Shown piece after piece: positions 38,219 through 51,400 of a stretch of DNA of 64,000 bases. Positions within the stretch are counted from its first letter, which is position 1; every line of letters starts with the position of its first letter. The notes under the pieces are model-generated. The model had not been told where the DNA came from. It did not search any database and saw nothing but the letters and a program-made list of their open reading frames with translations. Made by a program: the position numbers and the translations under genes. The DNA is taken from the NCBI GenBank assembly GCA_963692915.1, contig OY843584.1:1312001-1376000 (forward strand). Direction: 5' to 3'. The DNA is from Cenarchaeum sp. (GTDB taxonomy: Archaea; Thermoproteota; Nitrososphaeria; Nitrososphaerales; Nitrosopumilaceae).

Positions 38219-39310
38219 TGTATTGTACAAAAAGTAGGAGCGGGGGCCAGAGGGCTTGCCGGGCGCGGATCCGGGAGCCCGCTGATGGCCTTCGGGTCCG
38301 GCAGGCTGCCGAAACACACGTTTGGGGGCCTCCGGCGCCGGCGCGCCATGCCGGTCAGGAGGCTGGACGCGCGGGCGCTCCGGTACATCGCGAGGACGCT
38401 TGCGACCAGGAGCGCCGGGGCAGTGGCGCGCGAGCTGGGGATCTCGCCGTCGTGGGCCCGCAAGCTCCGCGCGCACTGCCGGCGGACCGGCGCGCCGCCG
38501 GAGCCGCGGCCGATGGGGAGGCCGCGCAGGCCGATCACACAAGCGCAGGCCGACGAGGTCCTCGCCGCGCACTCGCGCGACCCCGTCGGCGTGGTGCGCC
38601 TGGTCAGGCTCATGCGGCTCAACAACTCAAAAATAGCGTACGGCGCGGCGTACCGCATATTGTCTGCGGAGGGACTGGTCAGCAGCTCGCCGGCGAGGTC
38701 GAGGAGGCGCAAGTGGGTCCGGTTCGAGAGAAAGTACTCCAACGCGATGTGGCACGTGGACTGGCACATAATGAAATACGGTCCCCTGAGGGGCTCGCAC
38801 CTCATAGTGTTCCTCGACGACGCGTCGCGGTGCGTCACGGGGTTTGGCGTCTTCCCCGAGGCCACGTCGGGCAACACGGTGATGGCGCTGCGCCACGCGA
38901 TCGGGCGGTTCGGCGCGCCGGCGCAGGTGCTCTCGGACCACGGGACGCAGTTCACGGCGACCAGGCGCGGCACGCCGCGCCGCAGCTGGACGCCGACGCT
39001 CTTCGAGCGGGAGCTGCTCGACGCCGGCATATCGCACGTCATGGCGCGCGTCGGCCACCCCCAGACCAACGGCAAGGTCGAGAGGTTCTTCCGGACGCTC
39101 GAGACGGAGATCGGCCGCCATGGCGGGGTCGCCGAGTTCATCGGGCACTACAACGAGGAGAGGCTCCACTTCTCCCTCGACATGGAGACCGGCGAGACGC
39201 CCCTGCTGGCCTTCAGGAGGCGGAGGGCCGACGGGCGGGTCCGGGCGGAGAACCCCGGGTGGATGGAGGTGGACTCGGATGGGTAGCGCTCCTACTTTCC
39301 GTATAATACA
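38219..39310 (+). mobile_element. IS481-family insertion sequence
   Basis: TIRs TGTATTGTACAAAAAGTAGGAGCG / CGCTCCTACTTTCCGTATAATACA; 15-bp TSD CGTTAATGTGGGCTG at 38204-38218 and 39311-39325. Confidence 0.9.
38348..39286 (+). CDS. IS481-family DDE transposase (rve integrase core)
   Basis: N-terminal HTH; WHVD, LDDASR, LSDHGTQF, HPQTNGKVERFF, YN..R.H. Confidence 0.92.
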   Translation: MPVRRLDARALRYIARTLATRSAGAVARELGISPSWARKLRAHCRRTGAPPEPRPMGRPRRPITQAQADEVLAAHSRDPVGVVRLVRLMRLNNSKIAYGAAYRILSAEGLVSSSPARSRRRKWVRFERKYSNAMWHVDWHIMKYGPLRGSHLIVFLDDASRCVTGFGVFPEATSGNTVMALRHAIGRFGAPAQVLSDHGTQFTATRRGTPRRSWTPTLFERELLDAGISHVMARVGHPQTNGKVERFFRTLETEIGRHGGVAEFIGHYNEERLHFSLDMETGETPLLAFRRRRADGRVRAENPGWMEVDSDG

Positions 39311-39382
39311 CGTTAATGTGGGCTGACCCATGTTCAAAGACAGGTGCACAATGAGCAAAAACAAGAGGTGGGTAGAGTCCAC

Positions 39383-39640
39383 CTATGCGGGTAGCTCTAT
39401 CTGCTCCACGTCGAATCCCTCGACGAGGCGCCATTTCTGTCCCCCCGGCGTGGTCACCTTGAAGACCATCTCGGCGCGCTCGATCATGCCAATCCTCTCG
39501 GCCTCGGCGATCACGTCCCATGCCTCCTTCTCGGTGAGCGCTCCCACGAGGTGCGTTATGAGCTCGTTCGCCGGCAGTGGTCCATAGATCTTTAGCCCCT
39601 TCGCAACGACGAACAGCCCTTCTTGCCTTGCTGGGTTCAT
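39383..39640 (-). CDS. Family W copy 9
   Basis: Family motif and conserved promoter. Confidence 0.8.
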   Translation of the reverse strand: MNPARQEGLFVVAKGLKIYGPLPANELITHLVGALTEKEAWDVIAEAERIGMIERAEMVFKVTTPGGQKWRLVEGFDVEQIELPA

Positions 39641-39759
39641 CAGAGCCGTTACGGTTGTGGGATTATTAAAATCTAGTGCGTTAATGTGGGCGCCCCAAAA
39701 CCGGAGATAAAAGCACGTAGAATGTGGCACGCAAAAACAGGAGAAGGCAGGAGTTTTGC

Positions 39760-40017
39760 CTATGCGGGCAGCTCTAGCTTTTTTACGTCGAATCCCCTGA
39801 CGAGGCGCCATTCCTTCGCCTCCGGCGTGGGCGACTCAAAGACCATCTTGGCGCGCTCGATCATGCCGATCCTCTCGGCCTCGGCAAGCACATCCCACGC
39901 CTCCTTCTCTGTGAGGTCCCCCACGATGTGTGTTATGAGATCAGCCGCCGGCAGCGGACCATAGATCTCCAGCCCCCTTGCAATGACTAGCAGCCCGTCG
40001 TGCTTTTCTGGGTTCAT
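39760..40017 (-). CDS. Family W copy 10
   Basis: Family motif and conserved promoter. Confidence 0.8.
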   Translation of the reverse strand: MNPEKHDGLLVIARGLEIYGPLPAADLITHIVGDLTEKEAWDVLAEAERIGMIERAKMVFESPTPEAKEWRLVRGFDVKKLELPA

Positions 40018-40127
40018 CAGAGCCATTACGGTTGTGGCATTATTAAAATCTAGTGCGTTAATGTGGGCTGACCCATGTTCAAAGACAAGTGCACAATGAG
40101 CAAAAACAAGAGGTGGGTAGAGTCCAC

Positions 40128-40385
40128 CTATGCGGGTAGCTCTATCTGCTCCACGTCAAATCCCTCGACGAGGCGCCATTTCTGTCCCAGCGGCGTGGCC
40201 GGCCTGAAGACCATGTCGGCGTGCTCGATCATGCCGATCCTCTCGGCCTCGGCGATCACGTCCCATGCCTCCTCTTCGGTGAGCGCTCCCACAATGTGCG
40301 TTATGAGCTCGGCCGCTGGCAGGGATCCATAGATCTTTAGCCCCTTCGCAACGACGAACAGCCCTTCTTGCCTTGCTGGGTTCAT
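40128..40385 (-). CDS. Family W copy 11
   Basis: Protein identical to copy 5. Confidence 0.8.
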   Translation of the reverse strand: MNPARQEGLFVVAKGLKIYGSLPAAELITHIVGALTEEEAWDVIAEAERIGMIEHADMVFRPATPLGQKWRLVEGFDVEQIELPA

Positions 40386-40503
40386 CAGAGCCGTTACGGT
40401 TGCGGGATTATTAAAATCTAGTGCGTGAATGTGGGCATGACCTAGGCTCAAAAACAAGTGCCCAATAATTGTGCACAATAGGAAAAAACAAGGGGGGGTG
40501 TAC

Positions 40504-40761
40504 CTATGCAGGTACCTTTAGCTGCTCCACGTCGAATCCCTCGACGAGGCGCCATTCCTGTCCCTTCGGCGTGGCCGCCCTGAAGATCATGTCGGCGTGC
40601 TCGATCATGCCGATCCTCTCGGCCTCGGCAACGACATCCCACGCCTCCTCTTCGGTGAGCTTTCCCACGATGTGCGTCACGAGCTCAGTCGCCGGCAGGG
40701 GTCCATAGATACTCAGTCCCCTCGCGATTACTCGCAGTGCATCTTGCCTTGCTGGGTTCAT
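40504..40761 (-). CDS. Family W copy 12
   Basis: Family motif and conserved promoter. Confidence 0.8.
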   Translation of the reverse strand: MNPARQDALRVIARGLSIYGPLPATELVTHIVGKLTEEEAWDVVAEAERIGMIEHADMIFRAATPKGQEWRLVEGFDVEQLKVPA

Positions 40762-40872
40762 CAGGGCCATTACGGTTGTGGCATTATTAAAATCTAGTGC
40801 GTGAATGTGGGCATGACCCAGGTTCAAAGACAAGTGCACAATGAGCAAAAACAAGAGGTGGGTAGAGTCCAC

Positions 40873-41130
40873 CTATGCGGGTAGCTCTATCTGCTCCACG
40901 TCGAATCCCTCGACGAGGCGCCATTTCTGTCCCCCCGGCGTGGTCACCTTGAAGACCATCTCGGCGCGCTCGATCATGCCGATCCTCTCGGCCTCGGCGA
41001 TCACGTCCCATGCCTCCTTCTCGGTGAGCGCTCCCACGAGGTGCGTTATGAGCTCGTTCGCCGGCAGGGATCCATAGATCTTTAGCCCCTTCGCAACGAC
41101 GAACAGCCCTTCTTGCTTTGCTGGGTTCAT
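40873..41130 (-). CDS. Family W copy 13
   Basis: Near-identical to copy 9; first gene downstream of ART copy 3. Confidence 0.8.
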   Translation of the reverse strand: MNPAKQEGLFVVAKGLKIYGSLPANELITHLVGALTEKEAWDVIAEAERIGMIERAEMVFKVTTPGGQKWRLVEGFDVEQIELPA

Positions 41131-41350
41131 CAGGGTCATTACGGTTGTGGGATTATTAAAACCTACTGCGTGAATGTAGGCACGGATCCTGCGCGCCCCG
41201 CATTTTGACATATGACAGGGCGCAGGAACGCAGACCTCGGAGAGGGATTCGTTGATGACCCGCATTGCGGCCGTGTGGGCAAGAGTCCCCAACAAGAATG
41301 TCGCGCCATACGGTCCTGCAGTTCCCCAATGTGCGTGACTCCAGCATGGC

Positions 41351-42166
41351 TTACGCAAAGCGCACCGATCCTAGGGGCGCATACCTCTTGATGATCTCCC
41401 CGTCATGTAAATTGGGGATTGGCGTCTTGGAATGAAAAGTGATCTCAAGTGTGCCCTCTTCGATCGGAGTTCCGTTCTCCACCCGTATCTCGTCCTCTAA
41501 AACGCAAAAGCTCTTGGAACCCCGCAGAATTTCTGGATGGGGGGTTGCAAAAACAGATGTGTGGAAGAGTGGGAACGTGTGCTTTCTATACTGTTTGGTG
41601 ACCTTTATGCGGTATGATATGTGGCGATGGTCTAGCCAAGGGGAATGTGTGACCGATGTTGCCACAAAATCGTGTTCGGTCGAGCGAAACTCGCGGGTTG
41701 TCAACATGCTATCAAGCTCTGCAATGTCTCCCACATAGCGCGTGAGCACGGTCGTGTTAGCCCATGCGTGCCGAAGTGAGGCGCTGTATGCGACTGCAAG
41801 CTCCTCGCAGTCACGGACCACCTCGCCGAGTCCGTATCTCGGGTATAGGTTGTTTAGGTTCTCGTTGTACTCGCCAATTCCAGATGCGGGAACTGTGGCC
41901 AGGTGATCTCTATCTGTTAGTGACGCCATTTTCGGGTAGCTCGCATGATCTGATATGTTTTGGTCAAATTTCGCCTGAGCGTCGAGGCACAGCCGAAGAA
42001 ACTCAGGAATGCGCCTATCCGGGTCAAGGCCATGCCTGAGAACCAGATCCAGGATCACGTCGCGGCGCAGTGTGGCGCACGTGCAGGGAGACGCCCTGAT
42101 CGCAGCGTCTATGTGTAGAGACAGTGAGGCGATCAGGCTGCGATCACGAAAATTCGGCGGGTTCAA
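41351..42166 (-). CDS. Putative ADP-ribosyltransferase (copy 3)
   Basis: TVLTRYV, DFVATS, LEDEIR. Confidence 0.7.
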   Translation of the reverse strand: MNPPNFRDRSLIASLSLHIDAAIRASPCTCATLRRDVILDLVLRHGLDPDRRIPEFLRLCLDAQAKFDQNISDHASYPKMASLTDRDHLATVPASGIGEYNENLNNLYPRYGLGEVVRDCEELAVAYSASLRHAWANTTVLTRYVGDIAELDSMLTTREFRSTEHDFVATSVTHSPWLDHRHISYRIKVTKQYRKHTFPLFHTSVFATPHPEILRGSKSFCVLEDEIRVENGTPIEEGTLEITFHSKTPIPNLHDGEIIKRYAPLGSVRFA

Positions 42167-42456
42167 TGGCAGTGCCAAAAATTGCCAATATAAAATGCCT
42201 GTGGGCTGATCGCAAAAGTTTCTCGCTTTCTGCCCCAATTATTGGCCGGAACGGGGACGGGCCTTGCGCTTTTGCCCTCCTCGTCCCCCCTCACTTGCGT
42301 GACTGCGATACGGTCCGGGGTCCGGTCGCGCCCCCTGCGATAATGTCCGGGCGCTAAACGCGTGAACCCTAGACTGCGCCAGTGCTGAATGCTCACCACA
42401 CGGAACTCCAAACGGGTCTGTAATCGAGAGGGGCCTGCTCCCCCTTGCAGGAACGC

Positions 42457-45400
42457 CTATTCGCGTACCGAGTCTAGTATGCGCTCGGCGAGGTTGATCT
42501 CTTGGGCGATGTCATCGCTCAGGCGCTCTAGGCGCGGAATGACGACCATGTCCTCGTATGGCGAGGCGACTGCCTCGGGCACGTCATCAACCTCTATGGC
42601 GACGCCCATCTCGGCCATGATCTCCATGGCGATCTTTTCCTGGCGATCGAGCTCCATGGCAAAGAGGTCCGAGGAGCGCTCGGCGCCATGCGTGCGTATG
42701 CGCGCATCGGCGTACATTGCGTCGTCTATCTCGTGGTGTAGCGAGTAGAGGTTGCGCAGCGGCGCGTACGTCCCGTCTGGCGTGAGGCGCCAGACCGAAT
42801 AGTTCTCGTCTAGCATGTACGTGACGTGGCGCTCGTCATAGTCGTATATCCCGTCGCCGTCCTCATCAACGTGGGCCGATATGAGCGGAAAGAGGACGAG
42901 CTCGCCGCCGTTGACCTCGACTCCGCGCGACGGGTTTAGCGACTCGCCGTCGACGTGAACGCCGTGGTTGAAAAAGTTCTGCCACGAGTTTAGCCTCGTG
43001 TCCCAGATGCTCGTCGAGACGACATCAAAGTCAAGGGGCTCGCGGAACGTGTGGTATATCGTGACCTCGAGGCACTCGGCCACGCTGCCGCGCATGCAGT
43101 CAGTCCTTTCTGCCGTCGCGCGCAGCGTTTCTGCGTCTATGGCACCCGATGCGTCATCGAGTGAGACAGAGAGCGCTCCGGTGTGGGAGATGTCAACGCT
43201 GATGCCGGCTTCAGACTCGGCAAAGTGCTGCCCGCGGCCAAGGCCAAAGGCCAGGCCAGCGTGGGCGATCCTCGAGACGCCGCTGTCCTCGTATATCTTT
43301 AGCACGGCGACGTTCTCGACGCCCGTCTCGACCTCTATGAGCGGCATGGGCGTGTAATAGTACTCTACGTCATGGACCTCGCCGTTGTACGTGAACCCTC
43401 CGGCGACCCTGCGCTCTCCGGTCGAGTCGATGCCTAGCGTCGGTGACGTGCAGTCATCACAGCCCGAGCCGCCCCTGCTGAGCTGCTGCGAGCTGGCGCC
43501 AAAGGGCGTAAAGTGGTTCGTCCATATGTATAGCGTGTCGCTGCCGCGCACATAGCACTCTTGGTTGCCCATATCGTTTGTGTCGCCGGTGACGCCCATG
43601 TGCGGGCCGACATCTGAGGGGTCAGCCATGTCGACACTCGAGTCTTCGCACTCGTCTATGGCGTGCAACACGTCATCTGTTCTCGTCATCGTGTCAGTGC
43701 CCTCGATGTAATAGACATAGAGCGAGCTCTCTGCGCCACGAATACCAATCCTTGCCGGCTCGGAGAGCTGCACGGTGCGCTCGGCGCTTCCCGCGTCAAC
43801 TACGGTCAGCGGTGCCCTAGTCGCCAGCGCCCTAGTCGCGCGCTCAGAGTCGTCCTCGTACCGCTCGTTCTCTAGGAGGGTCGTATAGTACTCTGTGGTT
43901 CCCGTCTCGTGCTCGGCTTCGCGCTCGAGGAGGGCCAGCATGGGCACGTCTGCCAGATCTGTGGGATCGTCAAGGCCCAAGGCCTCTGTGTCTTGCGCGA
44001 GCAGGACCTCCACGTTTGGCGCTTGCGACGGCGTGTACAGGATGGTGTCTGAGAGCATGCCGCCTGCGGCAGTCAGGCCAGTGCCGCCCAGGCTGACGAT
44101 GGGATCGCCGTTACCGGAGCCCGAGATGGGCACGGGGCTTGCGCCGAGGAAATCAAGCTCGTTCAAGTCAAATCCGCTGACCCCCAGTACGTTGCCCGAG
44201 GGGTCTGGGCGCGCCGGCGGCTGATCCCACGAAATTGGATTGTGTGACAGGTCAGTTAGGGACGTCGCGTCGGCAGTCCCGCTTCCCTGGTCAAAATTGA
44301 TCTCAAAGCGTCCACCTGCGGGATGGGTACTAGGCATTGGACAGACTAGTTCAGAATTCTCAATGTCGCAGATTGGATGCCCCCCGGTATCGACGATTGT
44401 GTTCATCAAGAGCGTGCCGCTGGCAAGATCGATGTGTACTGCTGAGAGGGTGTCGTTGCGGTATAGCCGAATCGTGGACGTGTCGAGTGCGTCGGCCTCG
44501 TCATAGTACAGGGCGAGCCACGGATCAGAGTTGCCCATGCTATCGGTTCTCACGAGGACTGCTGCGTTCGTCACGCTCGGGGGCACGTTGTCCATGCGAA
44601 CCTCGTCTTCAAGGATCATCAGCATAGCCTCGTTGCCTGCCTCATCAGCCTGCATGAGGATACTTGGCTTGTAGACTGCATCGAGCAGCTCCATGTCTGC
44701 CCTTTCAGGAACCGTGAACTCGTGGGTCCACTTCATCATATCGCTGCCGTCGACCTCTGTCATCACCGGCTCGGGGATGCGGAACTCTGCGGACACGCGT
44801 GCGCCGGCCTCACCGAGTGTTGAGCCAGTGCCCATTACGCTCGGCGCCATCAGGATGGGCTCGTTAAACGTCACCATTGTTGTGATCGTGTCACCGGCCT
44901 TTGACCTGTCCGTCGCGCGCGTTGGATACGTTGTTTGATCTATGGTGACGGAGCTGGCAGTTATCACCGGCGCCGTGTTGTCGACCCTAAAGCCAAGACC
45001 CGCAGTCGAATCGTCCAGGTCGGCCGGATCGTTTGAGAGCGTCGTGGATCGCCCATACTTGTCCATGACGGTGATGGTCCAGTCCACAGCATTGAATCCC
45101 TCCGCATGACCTTCAGGTATCACCGAGGTCGCAACATATGGGTCACTAGACGTGCCCGTTCCGCTCAGCGACGTGGCCGCAGTGTCCGTAAAGAACGTAA
45201 TGTCGTCCTTGTCAAAGCCCACGAGGCGCTCGGGGGTCTCGTCCATGGTGAACGTCAGGGCGATCCCGCCGCCATCGCGGCCGACGCTTGACGTGTACTC
45301 GCCCGTGCTGCCAGCGAGCCTGCCCATCAGTGACTGTTCTGTGATTACAGGCGCCCTCGTGTCGACCCTGACGATGGCGTTGCCGTCTGTGTATGTGCTC

Positions 45401-48400
45401 CTGTGCGTATAGATGGCAACGTTGTCCTCTGCATCAGAGACGCGGATGCCAAATGGCACGTCTGCGCCAGCGACCCAGTTGCGAGCCGACTCGCCAGGGA
45501 AGTTGGGCGTGGCTGGCCAGTCGAAATGCCACATCCTGTCATTGCCAGTCTCCGTGCGTACCATGGGCCATATCCTCTTCTCGGCGCGCTCAGACTCCGC
45601 CGGCACCGTCGTGAATGAAGTGAGCGTAGTAAAGAGCGCGATCGTAGGAACCGTGCCGGTCTTTTGATCCTCGTCGAGCGTAACGGCGAACCTTACGTCT
45701 ACGACGGCGGGGTCTTCTGCTCGCGCAAACTGGCGGTCAGGAATAGGCAGCATCTCGGTGGCCGTTGTGGTGACTGCGGTTGATATCGTCATGACGCGCG
45801 GCGGAGTCGAGTCCATCGTACGGGCACTGACCATCGTAGGAGCCACATTGTCGTACATGTCGGCAATGTCATTCGTGCCGACATAGTGAACCACGGGGCG
45901 CAGGTCTGGCGTTGCTGCTGCCCTGTTGGGATCCAGACCCGTGAGGCCGCTTAGAGTCACCGTGAGTTGCGAGTTTGTGTCAATGTGTTTTTGGGCTTCC
46001 GGAAAGTCTTCGTGCATCTCTACATCTAGGATGTGGTTTGGCGCACCGAACGCGAAAAATTCCGGCTGGACGAACGCCCCGAACGAGTGGGAGACTGTTG
46101 GCGTGACCCAGTCATCATCTGTGTCAACGTTGTCCATCATGTCCTCTGGCGACGTGTCCACACGCCAGTCGCTGGCATCAAGCACGGCACCTGTCATGAG
46201 CTTGACAGGCTCCCTGTAGATGACCTCGATCGTAGTCTCTGAGGTCACGCCGGCTATGAACTCGGGGGCAGTCGAGTCATGGACGACGATAAACTGGCCG
46301 TGGGGGGGCTCGTGGGGCGTTATGTAGGTGTTGCCAGCCACGTCAGCTATTCCAACGGGGTTATTCGATGTAAGACATATCCACCCAATGCGCTGGTCGA
46401 CTTTCACATCCCTGGCTCCCGGACCGGCGGTGCGCAACGTGTTGCCGTCATTGCCTAGATGTGTTGACCCATCAGCGTTGAGGGCGAGGCTGGTTGAGGT
46501 CGGGAGCCAGTCGGTGCCCGTAAAGCAGGCAGTGTCTGCACGCACTGCAGCACGATTGCCCGAAGGTGATGAGCCCTCGAGCTGGAGGTTTGCGCGCAGG
46601 GACGGGTTCGTTGCGGCCGTGCCGAGGGCATCACCTGCCATGCCGCTAGTGGTCACCGAGGCGGGAGACAGCGCCTCGCTGAACTCGAGAACTATTGCCT
46701 CCATGTCGTTGCCCGTCGTCAACGGCGTGAGGTCCCCGCGCGTGGGCAGGCCAACAAGGCGCGGGCTGATGCCGTCGGCGACTTCGAGCTCGTCGGCGAT
46801 GCCAATCGTCATGGCCGACAGGGCGCCGACTTCTGAGGCGATGCGGCCGAAGTTCGATGTCGTCGGATCATACTCGATGTACGGAGTCGACGCCGTGCTC
46901 GAGAGGGAGTCGTGCGAGATGCGCACGACGCCTATATCCTCGACGGAGGCGCCTGTTACCCTCACGCTCGGCCCGTCCCCAGGGCTGGCCGCGTCCGGAT
47001 CGTCATCGCTGAGCGACCAGTGGGCGGATCGCAGCGTAGAGGAGCCGGGCGTGATCCTGACAGGCTCGCTGAACGTGACGAGCGTATAGTCGCTGTGAAC
47101 GTCGTCGGCGGGGTCATCTGGGTTGGCGCCCCTCGAGGTGAGCTCGGAGGCAGTTATTGCCGAGAGTATCTCTGGGGGAGCCGCGTCGGTGGCGAGGCCG
47201 CCCTCGTTTTGGGCGAGTCCTATGCCAAACTCGTTGCGGATCTCGGACGTCGAGGCGGTGTACGTGACAAAGACCTTTTTTGTCGTGTCGCCAATGTTCG
47301 CGTCAGCCGGATCGAGTGTGAGCGTGAGCATGTTGCTAGCGAGCGCCGAGACGGCCGTGACGGCAATGTCATCAGTCGTCGCCGACGTGCGTGCAGTCGG
47401 TGTCGCGTCAGCGGCGACGAGCTCGGCGGCCCAGTTTGTGAAGTCCAGGTTCGCGGGGGTGACGCCTATGCGCTCGACTGTGGAGCCAAAGGTGATGAGC
47501 ACCTTGTCCTGCGCAGTCGTCACGCCGCTAAACGTTGGTCCGGGCGGAGTGGGCACCGATATGTCCTGCGTGTCAGGCAGGCGCTCCATGACCGCATCCA
47601 TTATTGACGCCGTGGCTGAGGACGTGATCCTGACGGTGTGCATGGTGTTGGCGAGGTCTGCGGCGATCGGTATCGTGACAGTCGCCGGCGTCGATGATGT
47701 TGCCGCCGTGTATGTCGGCGCCGTCGAGGAGGCCAGGTTCGTCGCGGTGTCGGCTATCGTGTACACCTCGTACGTGATGCCCGTGCGCGTTGGGTCGGCG
47801 GTGGGCGCCTCGGCGAACGTGAGCGTTATCTCGCGCAGGGCCGTAATCGCAGCAGTCGGGATCGGCGGCGCGCCGTCAGTGGCTAGGGCCGCCGTGTTCT
47901 GCGCGAGGTTGCGCGCCAGCGTGGCCGCTGGAGGGGAAGAGACGATCTCGGACGTCGAGGCCGTGTACGTGATAAAGACCTTTTTTGCCGTGTTGCCAAT
48001 GTTCGCGTCAGCCGGATCGAGTGTGAGCGTGAGCATGTCATTGGCGAGCGTCGAGACGGCCATGACGGCAATGTCATCAGTCGTCGTCGGCGTGCGTGCA
48101 GTCGGTGTCGCGTCAGCTGCGACGAGCTCGGCGGCCCAGTTTGCGACGTTCAGGGGGGTGGCGTCGACGCGAGCCACTGACTCGGAGAATTCCAAGTCCA
48201 CCGTGTTGATGCTCGTAGTCGTCGCAGTAAAGGTCGGCGGCTGCGGCAGGGTGAGGCCGGTGATAAAGGCCGGCTTTACAATGATGTTTGTCGCCGGTAT
48301 GTTAGGGCTCGCGGGGACGGTTCCGTGCTCGTTGCGGTCATACCACGTGAGTGGCGCAACGGCGCCGGTCGGTCCCAGGGTGTCGGTGACCGGGCCGCCC

Positions 48401-51400
48401 GAGTGGATCCTGGCTGTGTACTCGGCGTCGGTGGGCATGCTAGACAGTGCAGCGCGGACTGATGCCGGTGCCGATGATGTTGCCGGCGTGTATGTGGTGG
48501 GTTGCTGAATGATGCTATCTGCGGGTGCGCCTCCGGTCAAGTATATATCGTACGAGGTTGACGTGCCATACGCCCCGATTGGCTCTTGGTATGTGAATGT
48601 CGCCTCGGTCAGGGACGTAAACGCCACAGTCGGCAGCGGCGGCGTCGCGTCCACGAGACGCGCGTTGGCAGTCGCAGGGGCAAGGTTGCCGTACATGTCA
48701 ATCACGTCCGAAGAGCCATCGGCGATATAGTGGATCGTCGGTCGCAGATCGGTGGCTGCTGACTTTAGGTTGGGATCCAGGTCCGTAAAGCCGCCCAGCG
48801 TTATCGTGAGGCGCGTGCCGTCGATCGGCTCAAAGTCGTCACGATTGCCGTCGCGGCCGTACGCCCAATAGTACGGATTGTCAAACTCGTCAAACTCGTG
48901 TGAGATTGTATCCGGCGTGACCCAGTTGGCGCTCGTGTCATCGTTGTCAGTGCTGACGTTGGGCGTCAGGTCGAGGCGCCACTCTGCGGCATCTAGCGTG
49001 GCGCCATCGACGAGCTTTACTGGCTCCCTGTACAGCACATCCACCGTTGTCTCCGAGCGCGCGGCGGCCAAAAATTCCGGTCCTGTCTTGTCTAGCACGA
49101 CGTTGAACATGCCATAAGCGCCGCGCGTGGCGGGGTCGTAGAGGTGGAAGTTGTCGCGGTCAGCTCGGTACGCAGCCGCGCTACCGCCATCGGCCACAAA
49201 GGCGGCCTGACCGTCCAGCGGCATGCTATCATCCAAGTTTGTCACATAATAGTTGTCGGCCGTGTCTTGTGGTCTCGCAGTCTCCGTTATGCAAAATCCG
49301 GTGACTTCTTGGGGATCATTTCGCGTGTTAGACGGGGCAGCAAAGACATACCTCACAAAGTTGCCATCGGCACCAAGATACGGATCCACTGTGGTGTCAG
49401 TTGTCGTGAATGTCGCCCCGCTATCCGCCGACCTGAGTATGCCGTACGACGTGGCCAGCCAGGAAGTGCCTGACTCGCAGTTGTTGTGGTGCAGCTCTTG
49501 CGAGCCTGAAAGAGCCCTCTGCGATCCTGGAACCATGGAGGTTGCGACCTGCAGCTGATGGGAGATGTAGGCGAGCTCGGTGGCATCGCCCAAACTGTCA
49601 GGATCAATCTCCTCGCTGAACGTAAAGCCAATGGCCAGCCTGTCATTGTCTGCCGTGCCCGGCGTAGAGTCTGCGGCAGTGGGGTACTCTGTCAGGCGCG
49701 GCGGTATGCCGTCTACTGCACCCACGGCTGACGTAAATGTCGCGAGTCTCTCTGTCTCGCCGGAGATGTTTATGCTGCCCTGGAGTGCGCCCTGGGTGTA
49801 CAGGACTGTCGGCGTCTCGCCGGTGCTCGGGAGGTTGCTGGCAAGATTGAGGCGAACCGTCGTGCTAGGCTGGCCGGGCATTTCTGCCACCAGCACCACG
49901 TCTGAGACAGTCACGGCCGTTCCGCTGTCATCTGTCACGGTCCAGTGCGCCACGCGCTGGGCCACCGTGCCTGACCTGATCTGGACTAGCCTTGTGAGCT
50001 CTACGTCAATGTACTCGTCGTACGTGTTGTCAGCAGGGTCGCGCTGGCCGCCTATGTCAGTCAGCACGGCGCCAGTCGTGATGCTGTTGACTCCAAACGT
50101 GAGGCCGTTGACCGTGTCTATGACCGTGTCGTCGACGAGCTCATTGTCCGCACCGTCGGTGATGCGTCCGTTATCCGAGCCGACCGGGGCGGTGAGCTCG
50201 CGGTCGTACGTTACGTCCGGCACGTCAGTTGCCCCCCACGCGTCTGCGCTAGCCACGGTGAGCGTGACTGTGGAGCCGTCTATGGCCACGCCGGTGACAG
50301 CCGTGTCAGTCGAGCCCAGCGTGGTCTTCCAGTGCGCGTTCTGTTGCGCAGCAGTGGCGCTAGAGCTCTTGAACTCTACGGCCTCGCTGAGCGTCACGTC
50401 GATCGTCGTAGTCGATCTCGTCCTAGCCGAGAGGATAAGGGGTAAATAGTCGTCACTCGCCTCGACTGTGCGCATGGGGACTCGGGGCAGATCCGCCAGG
50501 TCTCCAGCTATGTTGGGAACCAGCGTCGTGCCTGTGTACGAGACGCGGTACACCTCTGCAGGGTCGGCGCTAAAGCCGCCAAGCGTTGCTGTATCTGATG
50601 GGTTGGTAAACGTCACAGTCCCGATGGTAATTCCGGGAATGTCAAAGTCTGACACTGGCACCATCGTTGACGCTGGCTGGACCTGTACACGGGCGCTAAA
50701 CGTCACGGTTATCTCTGAAGCGCCCGCTGCCGTCCTAGTGTGCGAGGCCGACAGCGGAATCGGCGTGGCCGAGGAGGCAATTGGGCTGCCTGACGGTGTG
50801 GTGGGCAGGTCGGCGCCGCTGAGGGACTCGATCGACGCGGTCACTGGGGCATACCTGACTGTCGGAAGCACCGTACTGCCGACTGCATCTGCAGGAGCGA
50901 GCGTGAGGTCTGCAAAGTTAAACCCATAATCCGCGGCACTTGGCGACACGATATTGTCAGTCGAGTCGCCCGGCGACGTCTCGATCGACCAGTCGGCAGG
51001 GGCTCGCGTCTGGCCCGGAATCTGCCTCACCTCCTCGCTGAACGTGACCATGAGGCGCGTGTTTGAGAGCTTGTTGACCGTGAACGTTGGTGGATTTGTT
51101 GGCGCCGTCAACGTGACATCGCCCACGGCGCGCTTGCCGGCCGGTCCGCCCGCGGCGACTAGGGTCCCAAAGTCAATCGTGTAAGCACTGCCGCCCGTGG
51201 CCGGTGCGGCGAGGTTTATCTCGAGTGTCGGGTGGAGGAACGGGTGGCGAGGATGGCTGGCCTTGGGGGGCGTGTGGGCCGTGAACGTCGGCGGGCTAGT
51301 GGTGCTCAGCGCCACATTAGCGCCGCCTGAATCCGCGACTGTGATGCCGGTGGCCTCTATGACGGCCGGAACCACTCCCGCCGCGCTTGTGCGCATGCCT